A stretch of DNA of 64,000 bases from NCBI GenBank assembly GCA_028534125.1, contig CM052832.1, positions 8,310,001-8,374,000 on the forward strand, read 5' to 3'. Both the position numbers and the translations under genes were made by a program. Positions 26,521 to 39,160 of this stretch are shown here, piece by piece. Numbering within the stretch: the first letter of the stretch is position 1; each line of letters starts with the position of its first letter. The notes beneath the pieces are model-generated. The model ran no database searches. It was given only the letters and a program-made list of their open reading frames with translations, and was not told the origin of the DNA. The stretch is from Lama glama. Lineage: Eukaryota.

Positions 26521-27989
26521 AATTTAAAATTTTATGCCTCCCCTCTTGGAGGCAGGGTAACAACTCAAGAGCATTGGAACCAGCTTGCCCTGCCCACATC
26601 TCCACCTTGGACTGAAGAGCAAATGAAGTAACGGGAAAGTCAAGAGCTCTGGACACTGTCATGCACCAGAGAATGGCACTGCTAGAGCCCGGTTGAACTT
26701 AGTCATGTCACCAGGCCTCCCCCACACCCCTTAGGCCCTTCTCACTTACAAACTAACGTCAGGAAATGAGTTTAAACACACTGCCCTGATCTCATTAGGG
26801 CCAACTGTCCTGAGCCAATGAGGAAAGAGCAGGGGCAAGGCTTAATATGTAAATAAGGCATTGGGTCTGGTAAAAGCAAACCCTGCCCAGGACCCCCTTC
26901 AAAGGAGTAAAAGCTTATGTACTAGTGGTCCCTACATTGTTGATAGTGCAAGTGATGGTTTGGTTTCAGCACTAGTGTATGTCCTCCATTTGAAATTGAT
27001 TGCTTGTATTCTTTTCTTTGTATTTAAACAGCAAATTGATTTGGGGTTTTCAGTTGTGTATAAGCTGCGAGTGAAAGATGTTTTATGTCTAGTTTTACAT
27101 CTGCATATGTCTAAACAAACCTGATAGAAGTTAATACTGGGGTCCCCTGAGGATATTTTCCCCTTGAAATGAGGTCGTAGTTGGGAAGTTGTGAGGTTAT
27201 CCTCTTGGGAAAACAGTAGATGCTTAGGAAATGTTTGCTGAAATAATTATCTAATTCATGCAGGAATCTCAGAGGAAAGCTGGAGGTCCTCTTCTGCCCC
27301 CATCATTGATCAGAGCTGGTGAGGAAGCCAGGCCTTCATCAAGGGGAAACAGGTGGGGCAGGGCCCAGCACCCACACTTGGCCTGCATCCTCCATGCACC
27401 TGCCTGGGGCCTCCAGTTTTCTGCCTGGTCTGGCCATAGTGGCAAATCAGGGCAGACTACAGCTGACGTAGGGCGTGGTCCCCTGCAGTCGATTGGAGCG
27501 CGTTCCTGAGATAGGGATGCGATGGCCGGAATGTCAGGGGCCAGAGGCTGTGATGGACCATGCCAGCCCAAGAGCAGAACAAATATTGACTCTGAGCAGG
27601 GCGGCCTCTTGAAAGCCCTCCACGGGATGCCTCTCGCTGTTCTCCTATCTCCAGACACCCTCACTGAGTGCCTCTAGCTGTGGGGGAGGGGAGTAAAGGA
27701 GTGCCACTCTTCCTTCGGGATCCAAGGCCCAGAAATCCTGGACAGGGGGCACTGTGTTGGCATCACTGGGCCAGGCGTGAGGTTCCAGGAGCTTCCAGGT
27801 CTGGGTCTTATTGTCCTCTGGGCTCTACAGCCTGGATGTGGGTGGCTCTGGAATAGGATGTGGGCCTCCCTGGAGACAGGCTGCCCTTAAAATGCCCCAT
27901 GAAGGCCCTTGTCCCAGCTCATTCATTAAAAAGGAAACCCACTACAGGCCATGGACAACTGTGTAGCAGTCAACTGCCTCCTAATTACT

Positions 27990-28300
27990 AATAATGATAA
28001 GTAATATTCATTAAGAAGCCTTCTGCATGCCGAGCACTAAAGGATTTTCATTTAATCCTCACAACTTTAAGACATGCGTATAATTTTTTAATCCCCATTT
28101 TGCAGATGCAGACACTAAGGCACAGGGAGACTGAGAAGTGCCAAACAGAGAAAAGTCTCTCAACGTTATCGTGTCATTCAGTCTGTGGATGTAGAAATGT
28201 GGCGATAGGAAGTCCTTTGAGAAGACCGGGTACCTGCCTCCTTTTAAGGATGTGGAGACTGAGGCCCTGAGTGGGGAATGACTCACGCAAAGTTACTCTG
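27990..28300 (-). mobile_element. MIR fragments
   Basis: TCATTTAATCCTCACAAC...ATCCCCATTTTGCAGATG. Confidence 0.8.
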
Positions 28301-29700
28301 GGCTTCAGAGTAAGGGTGCTGAATCAAAAGTGCTGCTAACTGGCGGACATTCCTGGGAAGCTGACCTCTGAGCCTCAGGGTTACCTGAGGTCTTGTCTTC
28401 CAAGAATCCCAAATGTTTTGTTTTCTTTTCCTACAGGCTTGATACTATGGGTAAACACCCCTGGCCCCTGGCCCCAGTGGATATCTTTCTCCTCTCCCAC
28501 CTCACTTACCCTCACCCTGCATCGCCCCAGCAAATTGCTTTCCAGGTCCCAGTCACAGGGCCCTCCCCTCTGTGGCTTCTCCAGTAAATTTTAGGAAACC
28601 TTCTAAGGGTCTCTATGAGGGAATTGCATGGATGATCCCCAAGATCCCTCCCTCTCTACCTTGAGCTGTTAGGAATCTCAGACTCTATTTCTGTGGCTTC
28701 TGTCTCCACCTGGACGCTGCAGGGAGCTGGGGTCTGCTCTCAGTTTCACAAGCAGGTCAAGAGAAAGTCAAGAACAAGGACAGGAAGACAGGAAAGTTGA
28801 GGAGCCCAAAGAGGGGTTCATTCATTGCCACCCCCCAGTCTCCCAACCAGATTTAATCACTCCATCCCCATATACTGTTCCAGCCTCCAAGGCCTGTTCT
28901 GGACCCCTAGGATCCCTCTGCCAGTGGGGGAAGAAAACGGAATGTAAGCTGGGATGGGGTTGGGTAATGCCTGCAGCTCAGAGACTGGCCTCCCCTCAAG
29001 GATGCTGAGGAACCTTGGCTGAGGATGGGAATGGGCCTCTCCAGTTCCACCAAGGGCAGTGCCCTCTGTTCAGAAGGAAACACAGCCTGTGTGTGTGTGT
29101 GCCCTGGCCTGTCCCACCCCAGGCTAACCCTTGCCTCCAAGGTCAATAGCCTCTGGAACTTCAAGAACACTCAGGGAGCCTCCCATCCTTCTGCCTGTCT
29201 CCAGGTCAGACTCACTGAATGAGATCCCCAAGCAGGGAGAAGCCCCTGGCCCTCCCCTCAGCTCTCACTTCCCACAGACCATTTGGGAAAAGGTCAGGAC
29301 AGCCCCCTAGAGCCCCACACAGACCAACACATGGCCCACCCTCACCTCAGCCCAGCAAGGGCCTCAGTATGAGTGGTGGTATGGAGTCTGTGTCTTACAA
29401 GGGAGGCTCTCAAGGAAGCACCCATCTTCCCCTTGCCCTCAGTTCATGCATTCCCAGGCTCAGGGAGAGACTGGAGGCAGGGGAGGACAAGTACAGAGAC
29501 CTTCCAGGGACCAGGGTAAAGCACTCAGGGGAAACCAATCAAGTGTTGACACACTGAGCTAGCTGGGAACTAAGGCGGTATCCTGGGACGGAAAGAGGGA
29601 GCCAGGCCCAGGCCAGAAGTGGGTGCTTCAGAACACAGAGGAATCCCTGTTTCTTTCACCTGATGCAGAGGACCTGGGCTAGAGACTTCCCTTTAGCAGA

Positions 29701-29850
29701 GCTGTGTCTCCCCCTCAGACCAGGGTCCCTGAGGGCAGGGCTGTGTCTCCCCTCAGACTGGGGCTCCCTGAGGATGAGGCTGTGTCTCCCCCTGAGACTG
29801 GGGCTCCCTGAGGGTGGGGCTGTGTTTCCCCCCTCAGACTGGGGTTGTCT
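29701..29850. repeat. Minisatellite, ~4 units of 39-40 bp (GCTGTGTCTCCCCCTCAGACTGGGGCTCCCTGAGGGCAGG)
   Basis: Units start at 29701, 29740, 29779, 29819. Confidence 0.9.
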
Positions 29851-29993
29851 GAGTTTTATTCCTCATCAGACTAGAAGTTTCTAGAACAGGGACTCGGAGC
29901 CAAGGATAGAAGTTAAAGAAGACCAATTCCAAGCCATAACCACAAAGAACTCACTTTTTCCTTTTTTGTGTCATTTAAATCGGTTATTTTTAA

Positions 29994-30246
29994 AGAACAA
30001 ACTGTGGGACCAGGGAGGAGAGGAAAGGGGGAGGGTCAATAGAGGGGAAAGGGGGTAAGAAGTACAAACTATTAGGTGTAAAATAAGCTACAAGGATATG
30101 TTGTACAACATGAGAGATATAGCCAATATTCTATAATAACTATAAATGGAATATAACCTTAAAAAACTGCCAATCACTATATTATATACCTGTAACTTAT
30201 ATAATACTGTATACAACTATAATTTAAAAATAATAGTATTTTTAAA
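29994..30246 (+). mobile_element. 5'-truncated L1 3' end, cetartiodactyl type, with degenerate 16-bp TSD
   Basis: GTACAAACTATTAGGTGTAAAATAAGCTACAAGGATATGTTGTACAAC...; flanks AAATCGGTTATTTTTA (29977-29992) and AAATTGATTATCTTTA (30247-30262). Confidence 0.8.
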
Positions 30247-31418
30247 AAATTGATTATCTTTATGGAAAATAAAGCCCACACACATTCTGGATATCAAAAA
30301 ATTGTCTGTTTGGTTATCAATCTCACCTACTCTGAGAAACACAACTTCATCTACCAGGAGGGAAAAAAATGAACAGTTGAAATTTCATCTCACTTGCTTT
30401 TTAAATTAGACAATATATCCAGATGGTTCTAATATCAAGACAATACACAAGGATACCCCTTGAGAATTCTCGCCCCTAGTACCTCCATCCCCCCCCCACC
30501 CCCGATTCCCTCGCCGGATATAATCACTCACATGAGCTTCCATGTGTCCTTCCAGTGTTTGTTAATGTAAATTAACAAGTGAATGTACTTGCTTTCCCCT
30601 CCCCAGAGAAAACTGTCTGGTGGCTAGAACTAGTCAAGTCAAAAGCCCAGTTTTGTATCCCAGGTGTGATGCTGATCGACTTTCAGGCCCCTCTCCTGGG
30701 TGGGGGAGCCAACTCGTATTCCTGTTTGCCGTGAGGAAGGAGACAGCCTAGGTAATGGCCCAGTATACAGCAAGTGCTCAATAAGTGAGTGCTTATTGGC
30801 TTGGGGTTTTTTAAAAGGAGAAATTATCTAAACTCAATCTGTTCCCTACGCCCTCAAATTGGGCTGAGCTGGGCTTGTTGGCAAGTGGATCTGGAGAGAA
30901 GAGCTCTCCAAGTAAAGAGGGTGGGGAGGGAGGGGGAATGAGAAGTGGGGTGAGGCCAGCGCAAATGTAGAGCAAGTGGCACTTCTGAGGTCTGTGAGTT
31001 CTGGGAATCTCCCCATCAGGCATCCTGGTCCTGGGAACAGAAGCCATGCCCACGTTTCCCTGGCAGCTCAGGCCCCAGAAGCCTTGGAGGCCAGGTCTAA
31101 AGCCCTATCTAAGGTACACAGCATTATCTCCATTCCGCCCGCCCAGGGAGCCCAGGCCTCCCAGAGGACCTGGCTCCCACTGCTTCGTTAATGTTTACCA
31201 TCGCTGGAAAACAGCAGGCACCCACAGCACGGGCCTCCTTCCCACCCAGAAACGCACTCGGGGGCATGCAAACACCACATGCGGCAGATCGCCTCTGAGG
31301 GACTCTATGAGCCCCTCCCACAGCCACGGGGCACCAGCATCAAGGCCCGGCACCCACGCTGGCAGCTCTGTCTCCTTCATGCGTAGGAAGGGCCAGTAAG
31401 ACAGATAACCCAGACCTC

Positions 31419-31721
31419 ACCGTCCAATCCACATGTGGCTGGTCCAGATTGAGATGTGCTGTAAGTCAGTGTAGAATGCACACAGGTTGTGAAAACGTAG
31501 CCTGAAAAACTAATGTAAATTATCTCAATTATCTTTCATATATAGATTACCTGTTGAAATGACAATATTTTGGGATATAGTGGGTTCAATCAATACACAT
31601 AAGTATACAAACTCTATTATTAAAATTAATTTCACCTGTTCATTTTACTTTTTAATGTGGCTACTAGAAAATTTTAAAATACAGGTGTGACTCACATCAT
31701 AATTCTGTTTAAACAGCGCTG
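31419..31721. mobile_element. MER33 hAT-Charlie MITE
   Basis: ATTGAGATGTGCTGTAAGT...TTTTAATGTGGCTACTAGAAAATTT...ACAGCGCTG. Confidence 0.85.
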
Positions 31722-32294
31722 ACTGAGAGCATTACAGGAACTGCTTCTTGGAAGCTGTACGCTCTCCCTCCTGTTAGACCCAGAATGTGATCACACCGCC
31801 TCCTCCAGCCCTAGAGCCTGTCCTACCTCCTGCCATCAGACTGAGGGCCCTCTGAGGACAGGAGCCTGGTCTTTGCTCTCTCCTAATTTCACCCAAGTGC
31901 CTAGATGTTTGGCAGGGGGAAGAGATGGCAGTGTGGAGCCATCCATGCCCTCTGCCAGTCAGTGAGGCTGTGGCTCAGGGCAGGTTGTGCCCCCCAGTTC
32001 TGTGGCCCCACCAGCCATCATAAACCTCTGCCTTGACTATGATCACAAGTTGCTCATTTCATTCAGTTGGTCTTAAGAGGAGGCATCATTTCCCCAAGAC
32101 TTCACATTCAGTCATTCAGCAAGTTGTGGAACACACTCAGCTTGGAAATGGCGTGGGATGTGTACGAATGACAAAATTTCATGGCGAACCCACAGATAAA
32201 GGAGAGGTCATGGCACGCAGTATGTCTCCTTTCAGCCTCATTCTACCATTTTTAGACACACAAACCTTTTAGGAATGGAAGATATCCTCACGTC

Positions 32295-32665
32295 CATTCT
32301 TTCCCCAGCTCAACATTCTAGCTCTCTGCCTATTTCTCGAGGTCCTTATCCGCTGTGCACACACTCACTGTCTGTCTCCCCCTCCCCCTCCTCCAGGTGA
32401 ACCCAGTTCCCGTCGTTGTCGTGTGCTGTGCTGCTGAGCCCAGCAGGTCAGTCACCTCCTTCATTCTGGATATGATATGTCCATTAACCCAGCCTGTAAT
32501 TGCCTTGCTCCTCAGATCACTACACATTACTGCTGACACACTGGGAGTTGTCAGCAAGCCTCCAAGCCTTTTGTACTAAGGCCCTCTGCCCCCTCTCACC
32601 GAGACAGTTGGCGCTGGGGACCCAAATGTAGGGCCTGACAAATGCCGTCTTGTATCACTGGATCC
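32295..32665 (-). mobile_element. L3/CR1 LINE fragment
   Basis: TCACCTCCTTCATTCTGGATATGATATGTCCATTAACCCAGCCTGTAATTGC resembles antisense CR1/L3 RT-region consensus. Confidence 0.6.
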
Positions 32666-32734
32666 TTCACAGCCACCTGTTGTGGCCCTTCTGCGTCCTG
32701 ATTCTCTCACTGGTGGATCACTGCTCTGGTCAGT

Positions 32735-34265
32735 CCTAAGGACAATCCTCAGACTTCATTCCAGTTGGCTTCTCAGTACCATTTGGCACAGTTGGTCACC
32801 CTCCCTCTTATTGAAACCCTTTTTTCACTTGATTTTCAAGCCATCACACTCTCCTGGTTTTCCTCCTACGCCCCCGGCCACTCCTTCCCAGCTCCCCAAC
32901 TCCATAAACCTGGGATGTCCCATTGCTAGTCTTTGGACCCCTTCTCATTCTTATCTTCACTTACTCCCCTGGTAATCTCATCCAGATGGGAGGCTATAAA
33001 TATTATTTATAAATTGATAACCCCCAAGTTGATGACTCCTCCTCTCCCAGACTCAAGTGTCCAGTTGTACCCTTTCACCTCCGCCCAGATGTCTAACGGG
33101 CATCTCAGCCTCAACACTCCACATATTCAGACCAAAAACCTTGCAGTTATATTCAACTCCTCTCTTTCTCTCCCATCCCATATCCAATTTGTCAGCAAAT
33201 CTGTTGATTCTGTTTTGAAAACATATCGAAACCCAACCATTTCTCTGTCACTTCTAATCCGGTTCAACCCACTATCATTTCTCACTCGGATTTTTGCAAC
33301 AGCTTCCTGACTTTTGCCCTTGCTCTTTGGATTACTACAATTTCCCTGCTCTGCCCTCCCCCACTGCAGTCTACACAGCAGCCAGAGTCATCCCAATAAA
33401 ACTTAATTCAGATCCTAGCCCTCCTCCACTCAAACCCTTCAGTGGCTCCCACCTCAATCAGAGTAAAAGCTGAAGGCTTTGCAGGGGCCCCCAGGCCCTA
33501 CATGACAGGCTTCCCTTTCCCCCTCTGCCCCATCCCCTCCACGCGCCCCCTTGTTCTCTCTGCTCTGCCACAGGGGCCTCCGTGCCGCTCCGCCCCAAGC
33601 AGGTCTCAGCCTCGGGGGGCTTTGCAACTGCCCTTGCTCTCCGGCTAGCTTCATGTTCTCTTCCTCCTTCAGGCCTTTGCTCAAATGTCACCTTCTGAGG
33701 CCTTCCCTGACCACCCCACCTGGAACTGCAACCTCACCCTCTGGCACTGTTTATCGTTGTCTCCCACTTAATTTTCTCCATAGCACTTTTTTTCTAATAT
33801 ACTATACACGTTCCTTGTTTCGTTACTGTCAGTCTCCTATCACTAGAATAGAAGCTCCAGGGGGGCATGAAGTTTTGGCTTTTTTGTTCACAGCTGTATC
33901 CTTGGCTCCTAAAAGAGCACCTGGCCCACAGTAGATTTCAATCAATATTTATTGAACGAACAAGACAAGACTAGTGACAGATCTCCCGCCCCCATGACAT
34001 CCATCGGAAACTGGAAACTCTCCTCTTCTAGACCTGCGTGGGTTCATTAAGCAATACCCTTGGCATACAGCCTTCTAATACCCTACATATGTTAGTTAAT
34101 TTTTTTCTGGTTTTCATTTATTGTTTGTTTTTTCCTGTAGAACATCAGCTCCACGAAGGAATTTTTTTTGGGTGGGGGTCTATCTTGTTCATTGATGTGT
34201 CCCAGTGTCTAGAGGAATGCCCAGCAAATAGTAGGCCCTTACGAATGTCTGCTGAATGAATGGAT
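32735..34265 (+). mobile_element. Long L2 (L2a-like) 3' fragment plus a second L2 tail
   Basis: CACACTCTCCTGGTTTTCCTCCTAC...CAAACCCTTCAGTGGCTCCC...AATATTTATTGAACGAA; second tail GCTGAATGAATGGATGAA. Confidence 0.85.
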
Positions 34266-34479
34266 GAAAATTTATCCAGCTACCAATCCATTACGCCACC
34301 TGAGGCTCCAGCTATATTTCTTCATCTTGACCATCAAAGCACCCGAGAACAAAGAACTTGGTGGAGTTCCCATGCTCCCCATAACTTCTGCATCTTCCTG
34401 TCTCTAATCCACCCGAGAGTCAGAAAATCCATTAGTCAGAAGTCTTAATAAGAGAAAAGCATATGAAAACTAAACCTTT

Positions 34480-35140
34480 TTTTTCTATCTGATTACCCAA
34501 CACCAGTAAAACCTGAAAGTTTGAAAACACAGTTAGACAAAATACAGGGAAATAGACACATTTATATATTCAAGTGGGGAGAAAAATTGGCACAGCTCCT
34601 CTGGCATTCAACAATTTGACGATATCTATCAAAACTAAACATGCATGTATTCTTTAGCTCAGCAATTTCACCTCTGAGTATTTGTTCTGTAGAAAAACAT
34701 ACATATTGCATATATCAAACATACAGGAAGTGACATATAGGCAAGGTTATTCTGTGTAGAAATGTTGATAAGAGAGAAGGCCTGGGGACTGTGGGGGGCT
34801 GGTTGAATAAATGATGGGGCATTCGGACCATAGTTACCCCCAGGGCATTAAAAGAATGAGACGGCTCATATGCACAGCTATGTAAAAATCTCCAAGATAC
34901 ATTGTTAGAGGAAGAGAAAGTTAGATTTTAAAATGGCAAGTGAAATACACTACAATTTGCCTTTTTAAAAGGATAGGTAGGTAGGTAAATAGATAGATGG
35001 ATAGATAGACAGATAGGTAGATAGATAGTATGCATAAGCAATGATAACACGCGTTGCCTTTGAATATGGGCCTGGGAGGCTAGGGGTCAAGTAAAAACCT
35101 TTTCACTGAACACCCTTTGGTACTTCTTGAATTTTATTCC
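34480..35140 (+). mobile_element. L1ME-type fragment containing a (GATA/GGTA)n tract at 34971-35028
   Basis: CTCAGCAATTTCACCTCTGAG...TCTCCAAGATACATTGTTA. Confidence 0.75.
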
Positions 35141-36149
35141 ATTTTATTCTTATCGATTTTTCAATACTCTTGTTTTTAATTGGCCTGACACACTAGTCAT
35201 ACAGTGAGCCCATGCCGGCTCCTGGTGACCCTTTCTTTTTCTGAGTGCCCACAGATCATTTCTTTCACAGTCTACAAGGATCCTGGCCCAGGACTGCCGT
35301 GCAATTGAAGATTCCGACTTCCTCCTCTTTTTGAAACTCAGAACCACATTTCCTCCTTACCAGGCCCCCTGCCTTGAACTTCCTGTAAGGGGACCAAGTA
35401 GACCTAGCAGTCTTGTTCACAAGCTTCCTTTGTGCCTGAAATGGTATTTTATGGGGAGAGGTCCCCAACACCTTCCAGGAGCAGCTGGTAGGGAAGAGCT
35501 CATCCTACCTGCAGGGCCCCATGGGTTTCTCTTTTGTCTCTCAGTATGGTCCTGACCTCTGGGTCTGAAGGCAGTTCTCCTTGTCTCTGGAAGAGGGACA
35601 AACCCCAGGAGGACCACCCTCTTTCCTCTCCCCACCCATGTTCTGCCACCAGACCCAGCTTCAGCCTCTTCCTCCCTTGGTCTCCCCCAGTCTCTGATCC
35701 TGGCCAAATAAGCTTGAGTGGCCCCTAGTATCTTTCAGAAATTTCTGCCTATTCTTGTCTCCCAGGCACTGTCTTTACAGGCCCGCAGCCCTGTCTCGTA
35801 TGTGCCCTTCCCTTCTCTGCTCGAGCCTTCTCAAAACAGCAATCTGGCAAAGACCGTGCTACCCACTGTAACCTTGGCCACCTCCCCTCTTTCTTCATCC
35901 CTGGAACATAAACCAGGCTGTGTGTGATTGCACAGTCTGATGTACATTTTGGGGAACTTCCAAGCCCTCTTGAGACATCTTTCCCTCCCTGAGATTCATG
36001 CCATGGAATCCTGCCTATCTCATCACTGAAATATTGTCAGGCTGACTTTGGAAAGTCTTACTACAGGCCGGCAGCAGCTCTCATCAGGATAGTTGTAAGG
36101 ACATTCCTGTTTTAGTCTGAGCTCCTCCCGGCCTCTCCCATCCATTCTC

Positions 36150-36560
36150 TGACCCAGCGCTGAGTGATTTCCTAACATGCACAGCTAACCAAGCCCCACC
36201 ACTGCTGAAAGCCACTCAGGACCCTACAGGATAAAATCCAAGGTTGCAGCATGATTTGCAAAGCCCACTATGGTCTGGTTTCTGGTCACCTCTCCACCTA
36301 TACCTCCCACCCCTCTCTCTCTCTCTCTAACTCCGTCCTTTAACTATACATCGAATTGTGCACATTTTCCTGGACATGCTATATTATTTCACATCTCTGT
36401 GCTTCTCCTATTCCTTCTAACTGGGACGACATTCCAGCTCTTCATGATAGGGGTACTCAAGACCTCACTCAGGGATCACCTTTTCCAGGAAACCCTCCCT
36501 GACCCGTCTGTCCCCAGGTAGGGTGAATTCTGCTTCTCTGGTTTTGCTTGGCTTCCTGGG
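36150..36560 (+). mobile_element. L2 fragment
   Basis: CCTACAGGATAAAATCCAA...CCTTTTCCAGGAAACCCTCCCTGACCC. Confidence 0.65.
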
Positions 36561-38302
36561 CCTGAAGTTGGCTCTTATCACACACAGAAGACATCATCCA
36601 TTCTCCCTAGCAGCCATTCCCCCAACCCCTTCCTCCTTGCCACCAGAACCCCTACCCTTTCAGGTGGCGATTTATCCAGGCCCAGGGTATGAATCAAGCT
36701 TCATCTGAAATATCATGAGCATCCTGTTCCCAGCTGCCTGACCCTCACTTTCCTCACCTCCCTTTTTTATCCCACATTTGCCCTGTCACTCTGCCAACCC
36801 ATTCTGTCAACCAGTCCTCCCGCCTCCATTCATTTCCCCCAACCCTTTGAGAGATGAAATGCTCCCTAACACCCATTAAGAATTAGTCGGATGCCTGTCA
36901 AGTCCTTGAAGATGAGGTCCCCACCTGCTGTGCCCCATCCTGGGCCAGATGGACACTGTGCATTAAGAAAGCACTATCCCATCCCAGTCCCCACTGCTGC
37001 CCCAGCACCTGGGCAGGAAACACCCTGTTAGCTCAACCAGAAGGTCACTTGTTCCTGGAGTCTGAATCCAGATGCCTACAGCTTCAGGGGATCTCACCTT
37101 CACTCTCTTTAGGAATAGGCGTTCCTCGAAGGCAGAAACTTGGGCTTCAGGATGGAGCCCAGCCTAGCCAAATGCAGCAGACACCTCAGTAATAAGGAGA
37201 GCATTGCTTCAGCCACTCCCAGTGGTGCTACCTACTACTGCCTCTCCCAGGGCTGGGCTCAGGAAACTGTGAAGTTCCAGAGTGAACTGCCAACCCTGCC
37301 AGCTCATTATTAATAGACCCAATTATTTAAGGTACAAAGCATACTTTTTAAACCTAATCAATGCTGATCATTTAAACCACTGACAGCATTTCCTATTGAT
37401 TCACAAGGGCTCCAAATATGTGTGCTAAATACTGAACACAGAATTTGTCTTCTGGTAAAACATAACAGAATATCACCTGGGGACAGCTCTTCTCTTGCCC
37501 ATATTCTCATCTGGTGACTGACCTCACTTGGGGACTCAGCCGATAACCCTGCACTGTCTCGTGAAGCTCGCAGACCGATGCCCACTGCAGGGAGGGCTTG
37601 AGCCAGCCCCTCTCCCTGGGGCTCTTCAAGGCACCTGTCCATTTCGGCTCCCGCCAGCCAAGCCACATGTGTCCCCAGAGCCACTGTGCTGGTCCCCAGA
37701 CCTGTTTGCCAGTTGTGCTTGTTATTGTAATTATGTAATTCGATTAAATATGACACAAAACAGTCAAATATGGCTGTGAAAAGAGTTTTCTTTTCTTTTA
37801 TTGAAAAATCTAATTTGAATGCTTTGGAAGATTTGCTAATGGCAAACCACTGGAAAAATTGCCATTGAGTCAAGTGTGAAAAAGACACACTATAAAGGGT
37901 ACGGCTGGCAGATCGGGGCAGAGGAGTGGTTTAGGGGGAGCACGGGGGTCTAAATATCTAGAAAAATCCTGCCCTTGATTGGTTCTTAAAAGGTGTGAAG
38001 TTTTCTCTCTACTTTAAATAAACCAAAACTGGAACTCAGAGAAGACAGTGTCACATGGTGGTTTATGCAAGAAGGACTATTCAGGGCTCAGGAGGGCCTG
38101 GGCCAAGGGGAGGGCCTCAGCCACACATCAAAGAGCAGGCAAATGTTAGCACACCCATAGGTCTCCAGTTAAAATGAAATATCTATCTTACAGATGTCTA
38201 ATTATTTCATGACCCTTGTTCTAACAAGCCAACTGCAAGCCCCGATGTTATTAGATCGGAGGGCTTCGCTGAGCCAAATGCAAACCTTACAGCAGAGGGC
38301 TT

Positions 38303-38803
38303 ATCACTCTGCACCTCCATTTCCTCATGGATTATCATCTGACCTGCCTCGGAGTGCTGTGAAGATTAATTGGGAAAGTGAAGTAGTTAGCAAATCGCTC
38401 AGCACATAGGAAGCACTGAATTCACCAGCCAACCAATTAAGCAAGTCAGAAATTTTGGAGCCACTCCCGGCACCTCCCTCTCCCTTGCCTCCCAACCCCT
38501 TCTACCCAGCCTATCAGTACAACCTTGCCAAATCTACTGTGGAAGAAATTCCTGAATCTGTCCTAGAAGCTCCATCCTCATGGCAACCACCCCAGGCCAA
38601 ACCACCACCTCACCTGGAGGACAGCACCACGTCCCTACCTAGTCCTGCTGCTTGTCTCATTCTGACCCTAGAGTCCAGCCTCCTCCAGCAACAAGAGGGG
38701 TGTTTTAAAAACGCAAATCCAGTCATGTCCTCCTTTGCTTAAAACTCTTCAGCAACTTTTCAAATTCGTTCAATGGCTGCGAAAGCCCTAAACACACACA
38801 CAT

Positions 38804-38834
<31 letters not shown>

Positions 38835-39160
38835 TAGAGCTCTCCAGCTGCCTGTCAGCTTCTCAGAATATACTCAGCCCCGCCTGCCTCAGGACCTTTG
38901 TACATACTATGCCTGCCACCTAGAACAGTCCTTACCCTTTCCTGGCCTGTTGAAGGCCTCCTTATCCTTCAGGCCTCTTCCTAAATGCCATTTTCTCAGG
39001 AATGCTTTATTCAGCACTTTCTAAATACTAGGCACTGTTCTAGAAACTGGGAATACAACAGTGAGCAAGATAGACAAAATCACTGTCCTCCTCAAGATTA
39101 TACTCTAGTGGGAGAGAAAGATAATAAACAATTAAATACTATCTTCAGATGATGGTAATA
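38303..39160. mobile_element. MIR (+), L2 (+) with (CA)n at 38792-38834, and L2 (-)
   Basis: GCTGTGAAGATTAA; GCCTCAGGACCTTTGTACAT; CTAGGCACTGTTCTAG...ACAGTGAGCAAGATAGAC. Confidence 0.7.

Noticed and set aside
29701..29850. CRISPR-like array
   Set aside because: Units are contiguous with no unique spacers, no cas genes, and the context is mammalian.
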